A stretch of 64,000 bases of DNA, taken from NCBI GenBank assembly GCA_963422265.1, contig OY729416.1, positions 896,001-960,000 of the forward strand. The letters run 5' to 3'. The DNA comes from Thermodesulfobacteriota bacterium (GTDB lineage: Bacteria; Desulfobacterota_D; UBA1144; Nemesobacterales; UBA2774). Below the pieces are notes generated by a model, which worked only from the letters and a program-made list of their open reading frames with translations, had not been told where the DNA came from and did no database searches. This document shows positions 46,091 through 55,247 of this stretch, in pieces. The stretch's first letter is position 1; each line of letters begins with the position of its first letter. A program made the translations under genes and the position numbers.

Positions 46091-47071
46091 ATGAGATATA
46101 GCTTTTCTAAAATCCTTCGCAACAGTAAATTGACGCTGCGCCCGATTAAGATCGAGACTTTACAGGTTAACGTTACCAAACTATGCAATCAAACGTGTCT
46201 CCATTGCCACGTTGACGCTTCCCCAAAAAGAACGGAACAGATGGAATTAAAATCGGTTGACAAATGCCTAGAAATACTAAGAGAGAATGAATCTATAAAA
46301 AACCTTGATATAACGGGCGGGGCACCCGAGCTTAATCCTCATTTTGACCATTTCGTAAAAGAAGCCAGAAAACTCAATAAGCACGTGATGGTAAGACATA
46401 ACTTGACCGTTACGCTAGACGGCAACCCCGTTACGGGAGAGAGGAAAGCTTACCTGCCAGAATTTTATGCCGAACACCACATTGAAGTTATTTCTTCTCT
46501 GCCCTGTTACACCTCGCATTCCACGGATAAACAACGCGGGAAAGGGGCGTTTGAAAAGAGCATAGAGTCAATATTACTTCTAAATAAACGCGGATATGGC
46601 AAAGAAGGCACGAGACTTAATCTGAATCTTGTCTATAATCCCGTAGGAGCCTTTTTGCCCGCGCCTCAGAAAACTCTGGAAGCCGATTTCAAGAGAGAAC
46701 TCTATAAAAAATACGGGATAGTCTTCAACTCCTTATTCGTTATGACTAACCTGCCTATAAACAGGTTTGAGCGGCAGCTAAAGCAATCGGGCACTTATCA
46801 AGAGTATATGACAACGCTAGTGAGGGCATTTAACCCCAAGGCCGCAGAGGCTGTTATGTGTCGCTTTTTGGTTAGCGTAAGCTACGATGGCGGAATCTTT
46901 GACTGTGATTTTAATCAAATGTTAAAGAGAGATGTAGTCGTTGAGGATGAGCCAATGACAATATTTAATTTTGACTATCAAAAACTTATCAGACGAAGGA
47001 TAACGTTTGGCTCTCATTGCTTTGGATGCACGGCTGGCTCTGGCAGTAGTTGCAGCGGGGCTATAGCATAA
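46091..47071 (+). CDS. ArsS-like radical SAM protein with Cys-rich C-terminus
   Basis: CNQTCLHC, DITGGAPELNP, NLVYNP, DCDFNQ, HCFGCTAGSGSSC. Confidence 0.88.
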   Translation: MRYSFSKILRNSKLTLRPIKIETLQVNVTKLCNQTCLHCHVDASPKRTEQMELKSVDKCLEILRENESIKNLDITGGAPELNPHFDHFVKEARKLNKHVMVRHNLTVTLDGNPVTGERKAYLPEFYAEHHIEVISSLPCYTSHSTDKQRGKGAFEKSIESILLLNKRGYGKEGTRLNLNLVYNPVGAFLPAPQKTLEADFKRELYKKYGIVFNSLFVMTNLPINRFERQLKQSGTYQEYMTTLVRAFNPKAAEAVMCRFLVSVSYDGGIFDCDFNQMLKRDVVVEDEPMTIFNFDYQKLIRRRITFGSHCFGCTAGSGSSCSGAIA

Positions 47072-47096
47072 ACTCCAACGCTTAAGTTACTATAAC

Positions 47097-47744
47097 ATGA
47101 CCGAAAACAAACAAAAAAACACCTTAATAGTATTCGTTAAATATCCCAATCCCGGAAAAGTAAAAACCCGACTAGCGAAGAAAATCGGTAACGAGAGAGC
47201 CACCTATTATTACTCACTAATGGCTAAGCAAATAATAGACCAAGTGTCTCAATCTGATAATTATTCAACTACTATTTTTTTTGATCCCCCGGAAAAAGAA
47301 AAAAAGGTGATCAGATGGCTCGGAAACGGCATCAAGAAATTCATGCCCCAATCAGGAGCTAACCTAGGAAAGAAGATCGCCAACTCATTTGAGCAGGTTA
47401 TATCTTCAGGCGCAAGACGGTCTATAATTATCGGAACCGACTGTGTGGAAGTTACGAAGGAGATTGTGAACAGAGCTTTTGAGCTACTTGGAAGAGCGGA
47501 CGTCATTTTGGGTCCTACTGAGGACGGGGGGTACTACCTGTTGGGGCTTAAGTGTTTTGCACCTGAGCTTTTTGAAAACATAGACTGGAGCACGGAGCGC
47601 GTGCTCAATCAAACCCTCGACCGAATAAATGAGAAGAATCTAAGCTATGAACTATTGGAGAAATTAAAAGACATTGATACCGTGAACGACCTTGCCGAAC
47701 TGCAAAGGAGCCTTAACAATGAACCCGATAGACGTCCAAGTTAG
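47097..47744 (+). CDS. TIGR04282/DUF2064-like glycosyltransferase (rSAM-associated)
   Basis: PGKVKTRL, IIGTDC, GPTEDGGYYLLG, WST, DIDT. Confidence 0.85.
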   Translation: MTENKQKNTLIVFVKYPNPGKVKTRLAKKIGNERATYYYSLMAKQIIDQVSQSDNYSTTIFFDPPEKEKKVIRWLGNGIKKFMPQSGANLGKKIANSFEQVISSGARRSIIIGTDCVEVTKEIVNRAFELLGRADVILGPTEDGGYYLLGLKCFAPELFENIDWSTERVLNQTLDRINEKNLSYELLEKLKDIDTVNDLAELQRSLNNEPDRRPS

Positions 47745-48477
47745 CTGGTTTTTCGCTTTCCTAGCGGGACTAGTATCCTTTCTTTCCCCATGCGTTTTGC
47801 CCTTAATACCCGGCTATATATCAATGGTCTCTAAGACTTCATTTGAGGAATTGAGCAAAGGAAACACCGAAGGGAAAGTGAGCCGAATAGTTATTCCTAG
47901 TATCCTGTTCGTGCTAGGCTTTGCACTCGTATTCGTCGCATTGGGGGCTTCTGCCTCCTTGATAGGAGCGATTCTCCAACAAAACAAAAGCCTCTTGTTA
48001 AGAATATCAGGTGTAATTATTATACTCTTTGGACTCTTTTCAATGGATATACTCAAAATTCCACTTCTGAGTAGGGAAAGGCGTTTTCTAAGTGTGCAAG
48101 TAGGCAGCCTAGGGCTAATCGGGACGTTCCTTCTGGGCGTAGCATTTGGATTCGGCTGGACTCCCTGCGTAGGTCCAATTCTTGCCTCAATACTGCTTGT
48201 TGCAAGCACGGCAGAAGGAGCCGGCAGAGGGGCAGCTCTCTTACTCGTTTATTCAATAGGGCTTGGACTACCGTTTATCATAACAGGGCTAATACTGTCC
48301 AAAGCCCTTACGGCATTTGATTGGATAAAGCGTAACTATGGAATCTATAAAGTAATGGTGGGCGGCACGCTACTTGTCATAGGAATACTAATGCTCACCC
48401 ATAATCTCTTTTATCTAAACGTTTTGGGACAAAAAGCACTTGATTTCATGGGGATAGATTTCTGGAAGAGCTTTTGA
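47719..48477 (+). CDS. ccdA: CcdA/DsbD-type thiol-disulfide transporter
   Basis: SFLSPCVLPLIPGY and GWTPCVGPIL. Confidence 0.92.
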   Translation: MNPIDVQVSWFFAFLAGLVSFLSPCVLPLIPGYISMVSKTSFEELSKGNTEGKVSRIVIPSILFVLGFALVFVALGASASLIGAILQQNKSLLLRISGVIIILFGLFSMDILKIPLLSRERRFLSVQVGSLGLIGTFLLGVAFGFGWTPCVGPILASILLVASTAEGAGRGAALLLVYSIGLGLPFIITGLILSKALTAFDWIKRNYGIYKVMVGGTLLVIGILMLTHNLFYLNVLGQKALDFMGIDFWKSF

Positions 48478-48504
48478 CTAAATCCACGCTTGCGCATTGT
48501 TTAA

Positions 48505-49254
48505 GTGATGAAAGAAAAGAGCCATGCATGGCAAACTTGTTGTTCGCCCCCTACGCTGCGTGAAAGCGATGTTCACGTCTGGCAAAGCCGCTTGAACCTC
48601 ACGAGGAAAAAGCTAGATAGGCTCTATAAAACCCTTTGTAAAGAGGAGAAATTAAAAGCCAATCGCTTCAGGTTTCAGGAAGACTGTCTGCGCTACGTTA
48701 CAGCTCACGGATTGCTAAGAGAAATTATAAGCGGGTACCTAAATCTGAATCCCGAAGATCTGGAATTCTTACAAAACAAATATGGTAAGCCTTATCTAAA
48801 AGACCCCACCCGCCATAACTTGGAATTCAATTTGTCTCACTCCAGCGATGTAGTTCTACTTATATTCTCCTCGAATAGGAAAGTGGGAATAGACGTTGAA
48901 AGAGTAAGGGTTGTGAAGAAGTCCCAAAAAATAATAGATCGCTTCTTTGGAGAGACCGATAGAAATTTCTATAATTTACAAGAGGCAAGCAATAAAGAGA
49001 GAGCGTTCTTTAAGCTCTGGACTCGTAAAGAAGCCTATACAAAAGCTATTGGCGTCGGGCTGAAGTTACAGCCGAAACAGTTTGAAGCGCCGTCGGCGCT
49101 AGAAAACGTGCCGCTGACATCCGGGTCTAGACTGAGGCGCGTTAGCGGTTGTTTACTATCTGAGATAAAAGTTGACCCTGAGTATGCTGCGACTCTGGTA
49201 ACAGAAGGGTCAGATTATCAGATTGTATTTATTCAATATAGCGAACGTAGTTAA
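48505..49254 (+). CDS. Sfp-type 4'-phosphopantetheinyl transferase
   Basis: YGKP, FNLSHS, VGIDVE, WTRKEAYTKAIG. Confidence 0.93.
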   Translation: MMKEKSHAWQTCCSPPTLRESDVHVWQSRLNLTRKKLDRLYKTLCKEEKLKANRFRFQEDCLRYVTAHGLLREIISGYLNLNPEDLEFLQNKYGKPYLKDPTRHNLEFNLSHSSDVVLLIFSSNRKVGIDVERVRVVKKSQKIIDRFFGETDRNFYNLQEASNKERAFFKLWTRKEAYTKAIGVGLKLQPKQFEAPSALENVPLTSGSRLRRVSGCLLSEIKVDPEYAATLVTEGSDYQIVFIQYSERS

Positions 49255-49375
49255 AAACTTCAATAAACCTTTCTTAACACACCCCGCTCTAACAGTTATA
49301 CTAGTTTGTTTAACAGATTAAATCCTGGCTCACACGTCAAGCGATAAAGTGAAGCTAATGGAGGAGCGTAGTTAA

Positions 49376-50692
49376 ATGTCGAAACTGCCTGACAATGAAA
49401 AAGAGATGAAGAAAGCCGCGCTTGAATACCACAGCGTTGGACAAAAGGGAAAAATTGAAGTTGTGCCTACAAAACCCTGTCTTACCCAGCGGGATCTTTC
49501 TTTGGCTTACTCTCCGGGCGTGGCTGAGCCTTGCTTAGAGATAGAAAAAAATCAAGATTTAGCTTATGAATATACGAATAAAGGAAATCTAGTAGGGGTA
49601 ATTTCCAATGGCACGGCAGTGCTCGGACTCGGGAACATAGGGGCGCTCTCAGGAAAGCCAGTAATGGAAGGCAAGAGCGTCCTATTTAAGCGCTTTGCCG
49701 GCATAGACGCGTTTGACATAGAACTAAACACTGAAGACCCTGACGAAATAATCAAAACAGTTAAATACTTGGAGCCCACATTCGGTGGAATAAACCTTGA
49801 GGATATAAAAGCCCCTGAATGCTTTTACATAGAAGAGGAGCTCAAAAGACAGACTAACATACCCGTATTCCATGATGACCAGCACGGAACGGCGATAATC
49901 TCAGGAGCAGGCTTACTAAACGCGTGCGAGCTTGTGAATAAGGACGTCTGCGAGCTTGTAATGGCCTTTAACGGTGCTGGCGCCTCGGCTATTGCCTGTG
50001 CGGAGTTCTTTATAAGGCTCGGCGCCAAGAGAGAACGTATAATAATGTGCGACAGCAGGGGCGTAATATACAAAGGCAGGCAGGAAAATATGAATCCCCA
50101 AAAAGAAAGGTTCGCAGCTGACACAAGTGCGAGGACACTGGAAGAAGCAATAAGGGGAGCGGACGCGTTCGTCGGCTTATCATCTGGCGGAGCAGTTACG
50201 CAAGAAATGGTAAAGACAATGGCGGACAAACCTATAATATTCGCTATGGCTAACCCTGATCCAGAAATTTCATATCCCGATGCAATGTCAGCCAGAAGCG
50301 ACGTAATTATGGCTACGGGTAGATCTGACTATCCAAACCAAGTGAACAATGTGTTAGGATTCCCCTTTATTTTCAGAGGTGCCCTTGACGTCAGGGCTAA
50401 GGCTATAACGGAAGAGATGAAGGTAGCCGCTGCTTACTCATTAGCCGATCTCGCTAAAACTGGCGCCGATGAGCAGGTTGCAAAAGCTTATGGAGAAAGA
50501 AGCTTTGACTTCGGTCCTGAATACATAGTTCCCAAACCGTTTGATCCAAGAGTCTTGCTATGGGAATCCGTAGCAGTCGCTTCGGCAGCTATGGAAGCAG
50601 GTGTTTCCCGCATACAAATAAACATCGACGAATACAAAGAAGAGCTACAAAGGAAAGTTGCAGAAAAGCTAAAAAGGTGGAGCCTCAAGTAA
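49376..50692 (+). CDS. NAD(P)-dependent malic enzyme (MaeB-like catalytic domains only)
   Basis: [42 protein letters not shown]. Confidence 0.93.
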   Translation: MSKLPDNEKEMKKAALEYHSVGQKGKIEVVPTKPCLTQRDLSLAYSPGVAEPCLEIEKNQDLAYEYTNKGNLVGVISNGTAVLGLGNIGALSGKPVMEGKSVLFKRFAGIDAFDIELNTEDPDEIIKTVKYLEPTFGGINLEDIKAPECFYIEEELKRQTNIPVFHDDQHGTAIISGAGLLNACELVNKDVCELVMAFNGAGASAIACAEFFIRLGAKRERIIMCDSRGVIYKGRQENMNPQKERFAADTSARTLEEAIRGADAFVGLSSGGAVTQEMVKTMADKPIIFAMANPDPEISYPDAMSARSDVIMATGRSDYPNQVNNVLGFPFIFRGALDVRAKAITEEMKVAAAYSLADLAKTGADEQVAKAYGERSFDFGPEYIVPKPFDPRVLLWESVAVASAAMEAGVSRIQINIDEYKEELQRKVAEKLKRWSLK

Positions 50693-51378
50693 AACAACAA
50701 TCAGATTGTGCATCAGGAATAAGAGCGGTCATCTTTGATATGGATGGGGTTATGATTGACAGCGAGCCTCTTTGGGAAAAAACGGAGAGGGCTTTGCTAG
50801 CCCGAAGGGGCATAGATTACGAACCCGAATACAGAGACCAAATCGTTGGTTTGAACCAAAATGATTCTGGCAAGCTGCTTGTAGAGACGTTTAAACTTAA
50901 AGAATCGGTAGAAGAAATAATATCTGAAAGGGTGGAAATTCTAACCGCCCTATATGAAAAGGAGTTGGAGCTTATGCCTGGATTGTTGCCGCTTCTAAGC
51001 GAGCTCCGCCGTGATAACTACCTCCTAGCAGTCGCCTCGAGCTCGCCTCTTCGCGTAATCAACTTTGTCCTAGATATGTTCTCTCTCAACGATTATTTTC
51101 CGTCCGTAGTATCTGGTGAATGCACAGTGAAGGGAAAGCCACACCCGGACATCTATCTACACACGGCAAAGATGCTTGGAGTAGCACCCTCTGAATGCGT
51201 CGCAATTGAGGACTCTATAAACGGCGTTAAATCTGCTAAATCCGCAGGTATGCTCTGCATAGCCATTCCCGACAGGCGACTAAGCCAGCAGGCGTTTTGT
51301 GACGCAGACCTAATAGTTGATGATATGGAAAAGCTAAACGCCGAAGTGATAGAAAGCATGCAAACTACTATGTTATAA
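50677..51378 (+). CDS. HAD-family phosphatase (probable GTG start)
   Basis: [24 protein letters not shown]. Confidence 0.88.
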   Translation: MEPQVKQQSDCASGIRAVIFDMDGVMIDSEPLWEKTERALLARRGIDYEPEYRDQIVGLNQNDSGKLLVETFKLKESVEEIISERVEILTALYEKELELMPGLLPLLSELRRDNYLLAVASSSPLRVINFVLDMFSLNDYFPSVVSGECTVKGKPHPDIYLHTAKMLGVAPSECVAIEDSINGVKSAKSAGMLCIAIPDRRLSQQAFCDADLIVDDMEKLNAEVIESMQTTML

Positions 51379-51699
51379 AGGGGATGATCGATACTTAGCG
51401 TTAAAATCTTCATCGTTCATAGTAAGGTAGATAATCCCCTCTATAAAACCAACGAGAGAGGGAACTAATGTCCAGCAGAAAATCAGATAAACTATCCCCC
51501 ACCCTACCCTGCCTAGATAAAATTTGTGTATCCCAAGACCACCCAATAGCAAGCCAAAAACACCTGCTATGACACGGCTTCTCTCACAGACGACAGACTG
51601 TCTAACACCACACTTAGGACAGATTTCAGCTCGCGGATCAATTTGAGACCCGCAATTGGAACAAAACTTTTTGTGAACCCCCTGCTGTTCTACTTGCAC
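51373..51699 (-). CDS. Zinc-ribbon + TM2 domain membrane protein
   Basis: FCSNCG...CPKCG followed by LLGGLGIHKFYLG; GTG start after GAGGT. Confidence 0.85.
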   Translation of the reverse strand: MQVEQQGVHKKFCSNCGSQIDPRAEICPKCGVRQSVVCERSRVIAGVFGLLLGGLGIHKFYLGRVGWGIVYLIFCWTLVPSLVGFIEGIIYLTMNDEDFNAKYRSSPL

Positions 51700-51862
51700 T
51701 TTGATATTACCTCTGTAATTTTTTTCTATATATTCTCGTATAGTATAGATAACAGTAACGCCGGAAGATAGCGTATCATAATTAGAGGGTCTCATCAACG
51801 TTGCATATATGTTCACGGCATATGAGACAAGGAGGAAGGTTCTCGTTCCCCATCTCCCCGTC

Positions 51863-51898
51863 AAATCCCCCTATATCCCCCTTTTCTAAAGGGGGGAA
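51863..51898 (+). repeat. Palindromic REP-like element, copy 1 (TCCCCCTTT-loop-AAAGGGGG)
   Basis: AAATCCCCCTATATCCCCCTTTTCTAAAGGGGGGA; near-identical inverted copy at 61151-61189. Confidence 0.75.
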
Positions 51899-52027
51899 TA
51901 TGTATGTAGGAGACGAGACTCATCCGTTATTCCAAATGGAGATAAGAGAAAAAGAAGGCGAGCAATTAGTCATTACTAACTAACCACTCACCCTTAGTAT
52001 TCGTTATTTGAAGAACGTCATATCCAG

Positions 52028-54015
52028 CTAGGAGCTTGGATTCGCAGCAATGCTAAGAACGTCAGTGGTTGCCCTAGACCAAGCATTGCCATCATCTTTA
52101 TCCGTGTAGTAAACGTAAGCGCGCAGATACTTGCCCACGTCCCCTTGCCCTTGCACAGGTGTATATGCGTCACTAGCCCCTTCGGGAAATACGTATTCAC
52201 AGTTAGTTGACATCTCCGCGTCATCACAACGCTCCCACCGCCAGTAACTGCGATGCACCGGAGTATTTACAGAATCCCCACGATTACCAGCATCCCAATC
52301 ACCATCATTTACCTCTACCCGTATTACTTGTCCAACCCGCGGAGAAGTATGACCTGAATGAAAAACAGCAGCTGACGCGCTGGTATCAGTGGACGTTCTG
52401 TTTGCTTTTGCCCTTATCACTATGGCATTAGTGTAAACCTTTTCTTCCTTACCATTGTCCACAATCGTCACGTATGCCCTTAGAAAATAATTCGCATCTC
52501 CAGATTCCGGGATAAGTAGGTAGCTTCTATTGTTATTTGCTAGACTTCTACTAGAAATGTCCTCCCAGCCACTAACGCCGTTAGGTGAACGTTCCCATTT
52601 CCAATTCCCTGCACCGTCTCCATTACTACTAGCCTTGCGTTTACCCCTCAGGTTCCCAATCAGCCCAACTGTTACAGGCTCGCCCACTATTGCGGAATTC
52701 CAATGGTCAGGATGAATAAATGCTCTGCGTTGCCCCGGCACACCCTTTATTGTCGGATACTGACGCGACCCACCAAAGTCCCATGGGTCATCTATATTCC
52801 AACCCGCATAAATCCCATCGTAGTCTTTGTAGTCTTTAGGTATTTGAAGATCTCGCGTGGTCTTACCTAGAACACTTGTATTTATATGATCCCCGCGGTA
52901 GCCTTCCATGGAAGTTGATATATCCCAGTATGCTCTATTTATTCTAGGAGACCAATAACCAGGCGCCTCTACCCCAATCAGCCCACCGCGACTTCCTGCC
53001 GTCCTCCTTACCCTGCCGATAGAGTAAACGGAATCTATGATACCCTCTGAAACCCCTCCGACCAGCCCACCAACACGGTATCCCCCTTGCGCGCTACCGG
53101 TGGCATAGGCGACTTGGATGGTGGCGCGCCGGGAGAACCCAACCAGCCCACCAACAACACCTCCCCCTCGCACATTGGCTGTGGAGTAGCTTTTAGTAAT
53201 TTTACCTTTGCTAAGGTTTTGGCCAACTAACCCCCCTAGCCTAATGACTAGAGCACCTTTCGCCACCCCAGTTTGCTTTACTTCACCAGTAACATAGCAA
53301 CTAGTTATAGTTCCCTCGTTCCTCCCAGCCAGCCCACCGATCTCGGAGCTATTATATTTGTTGTTAATATGTTGAGTTATCTTGACGTTTTTCAAGCCCA
53401 AGTTTTGCACTTTACCTAAGGTGCCCACTATGCCGAATAGCCCTAAGTTGAGAGTTCTTGTGGTCTCGATCGGCGTAGTAAAGTTGATGAATAGATTAGA
53501 GATAGTATTTCCGTTGCCCTCGAAGGTCGCGTTAAAATGGCTACGGCTAGAAAAGATGGGTATCCAGCCACGGCCGCCGTTCCAATAAGTAGGATCACCC
53601 GTTTCTGTAATAGTACCATCGTCGTCCTCGTCAAAGTCTAAGTCTGTGGTCAGTTCATAGCCAATGCATCCGGAAGAGGGGCAACCCATAGAGGCTTATG
53701 CGTCGGGGAAGGCAGTAGTGTAGGACGCGCTATTACTAGAACTATCTACCTGTCCATCTCCGTCTAGGTCCCAGCGAATAGCGTTGAGTTGAGCAAGGTT
53801 AGATATTTCTATAAGTTGGTCATCATCAGTGTCGTAGTCAGTAGTAGTTTGGGCGAGTGCAGTATGCGAGAAGAGAGCAGATAAAGCAAAGAAGACTGTA
53901 GATAGTATAGGTGTTAATAGAGAATAAGGTTTCTCATATCGTGGAAAATGGGGGGGGGGGGGGGGGGGGGGGTAGAAGAGATGGTTAGTTTATTGATAAC
54001 AAAGCTATGTTTCAT
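52028..54015 (-). pseudogene. Secreted GLUG-repeat / Ig-like surface protein, out of frame at a poly-C tract and carrying an in-frame TAA
   Basis: RBS AAGGAGG and ATG at 54015; C23 tract; +1 frame gives signal peptide ...FALSALFSHTALA-QTTTDYDTDDDQLIEISNLAQLNAIRWDLDGDG...FPDA*ASMGCPSSGC, joining the 553-aa ORF with GGLVG repeats and two Ig-like modules. Confidence 0.82.
53950..53972. repeat. G23 homopolymer (C23 on the coding strand)
   Basis: Counted directly. Confidence 0.9.
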
Positions 54016-54023
54016 AACTATTA

Positions 54024-54056
54024 CCTCCTTGAATTTTACTAAGCATCATTATAGCA
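54024..54056 (-). promoter_or_regulatory. Extended -10 (TGcTATAAT) and RBS (AAGGAGG) of the surface-protein gene
   Basis: Minus strand GATGTGCTATAAT...AAGGAGGTAATAGTTATG. Confidence 0.6.
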
Positions 54057-54203
54057 CATCTTTTAGCAATTCTATAAAATTCTACTAAAAACCTACCATA
54101 AAATAATAGCTATATATAATCAAGCTACTTAAAATTGAGGGCTTGAGATAAGGGTGAATTTTCCTTACACGTCATTCCCACCCCGTCCATCACTTCGTAT
54201 AAG

Positions 54204-55199
54204 CTAATCGGGTCTATGCTCTGGTGGAGCCATAAACTCGGGTCCGACATGATCCTTAATTGTTTCATCAAGGATACCGTCAATAGTCTTTAAGTCTGAG
54301 GCGCTTAGTGACCATCCGAACACTTCGTGAAACGGTTTAAGTTGTTCGGGACGCCTAGCGCCCCAAAGGGCGACATGAGAAGGAGCCTTATCTAGAACCC
54401 ATCTCAAGGCAAGGTGAACTACACGTTTTCCATAGTTTTCCTGAGCGAATCTGTCCAGCCTTTGCACGGCGTCTAAATACTGCTCAAATCTAGGCTGATT
54501 GAATTTCGGATCGAAGTTACGTATATCGTCACCATCAAACTTCGTATCAACGCTCATTCTACCACTTAATAAACCGCGGCAAATAACGCCGTATAGAAGC
54601 ATAGTGACTCCGTGCTTCTCGCAATACAGCATTATTTCCCTCTCTACCCCACGCTCAAATAGATTATAGGGGGGTTGAGACGTATGAAGAGGAGCTACTT
54701 GTCTGAATATATCCTTGTGCTCCACAGTATAATTGCTCACCCCTATAGCCCTTATTTTGCCGTCTTTATAAAGGTATCGCATAGCCTCGGCGGCTTCCTC
54801 AATAGGCGTATCGTAATCGGGCCAGTGTATTTGATATAGGTCAACGTAATCCGTCCGAAGGCGTCTTAGCGAATCATCAATCTCTTTCTTGATCCGCTGT
54901 GCCATGGAATTACGGTAAACCTTTCCGCTTGCCCAGTCAAGTCCCGCTTTCGTGGCTATAATTACTTTATCCCTGCCACCACGCTCAGAAAGGGCTTTTC
55001 CCACTATCTCTTCGGACCGACCAAAGCCATATATAGGCGCCGTATCTACTAGAGTAATTCCATTGTCAAAGGCAGCGTGAATAGTGCGTATGGACTCTCT
55101 CTCGTCGCTCCCTCCCCAAAGCCATCCCCCTATCGCCCAAGCCCCCAACCCTATTCGGGGGACGTCAATATCGGCGCCTTTAACGTTTACGTATTCCAT
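54204..55199 (-). CDS. Aldo/keto reductase (general stress protein 69-like)
   Basis: GLGAWAIGG, DTAPIYGFGRSEE, DLYQIHWPD, IGVSN, QPPYNL. Confidence 0.93.
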   Translation of the reverse strand: MEYVNVKGADIDVPRIGLGAWAIGGWLWGGSDERESIRTIHAAFDNGITLVDTAPIYGFGRSEEIVGKALSERGGRDKVIIATKAGLDWASGKVYRNSMAQRIKKEIDDSLRRLRTDYVDLYQIHWPDYDTPIEEAAEAMRYLYKDGKIRAIGVSNYTVEHKDIFRQVAPLHTSQPPYNLFERGVEREIMLYCEKHGVTMLLYGVICRGLLSGRMSVDTKFDGDDIRNFDPKFNQPRFEQYLDAVQRLDRFAQENYGKRVVHLALRWVLDKAPSHVALWGARRPEQLKPFHEVFGWSLSASDLKTIDGILDETIKDHVGPEFMAPPEHRPD

Positions 55200-55247
55200 C
55201 TCATTGCTTCCTCCGTATTATTAACTTTCATCTCGTTCACAGAGACG

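Noticed and set aside
46045-46188. Apparent divergent overlap of HAD and radical SAM ORFs
   Set aside because: Disappears when starts are set to 46044 and 46091
47000-47071. Selenocysteine in the radical SAM C-terminal motif
   Set aside because: Codons are TGC and the stop is TAA
50560-50676. Long HAD N-terminus overlapping the malic enzyme
   Set aside because: Non-homologous shadow; GTG at 50677 is more plausible
53687-53689. ATG as the real start of the GLUG protein
   Set aside because: No signal peptide or RBS; coding sequence continues upstream past the TAA
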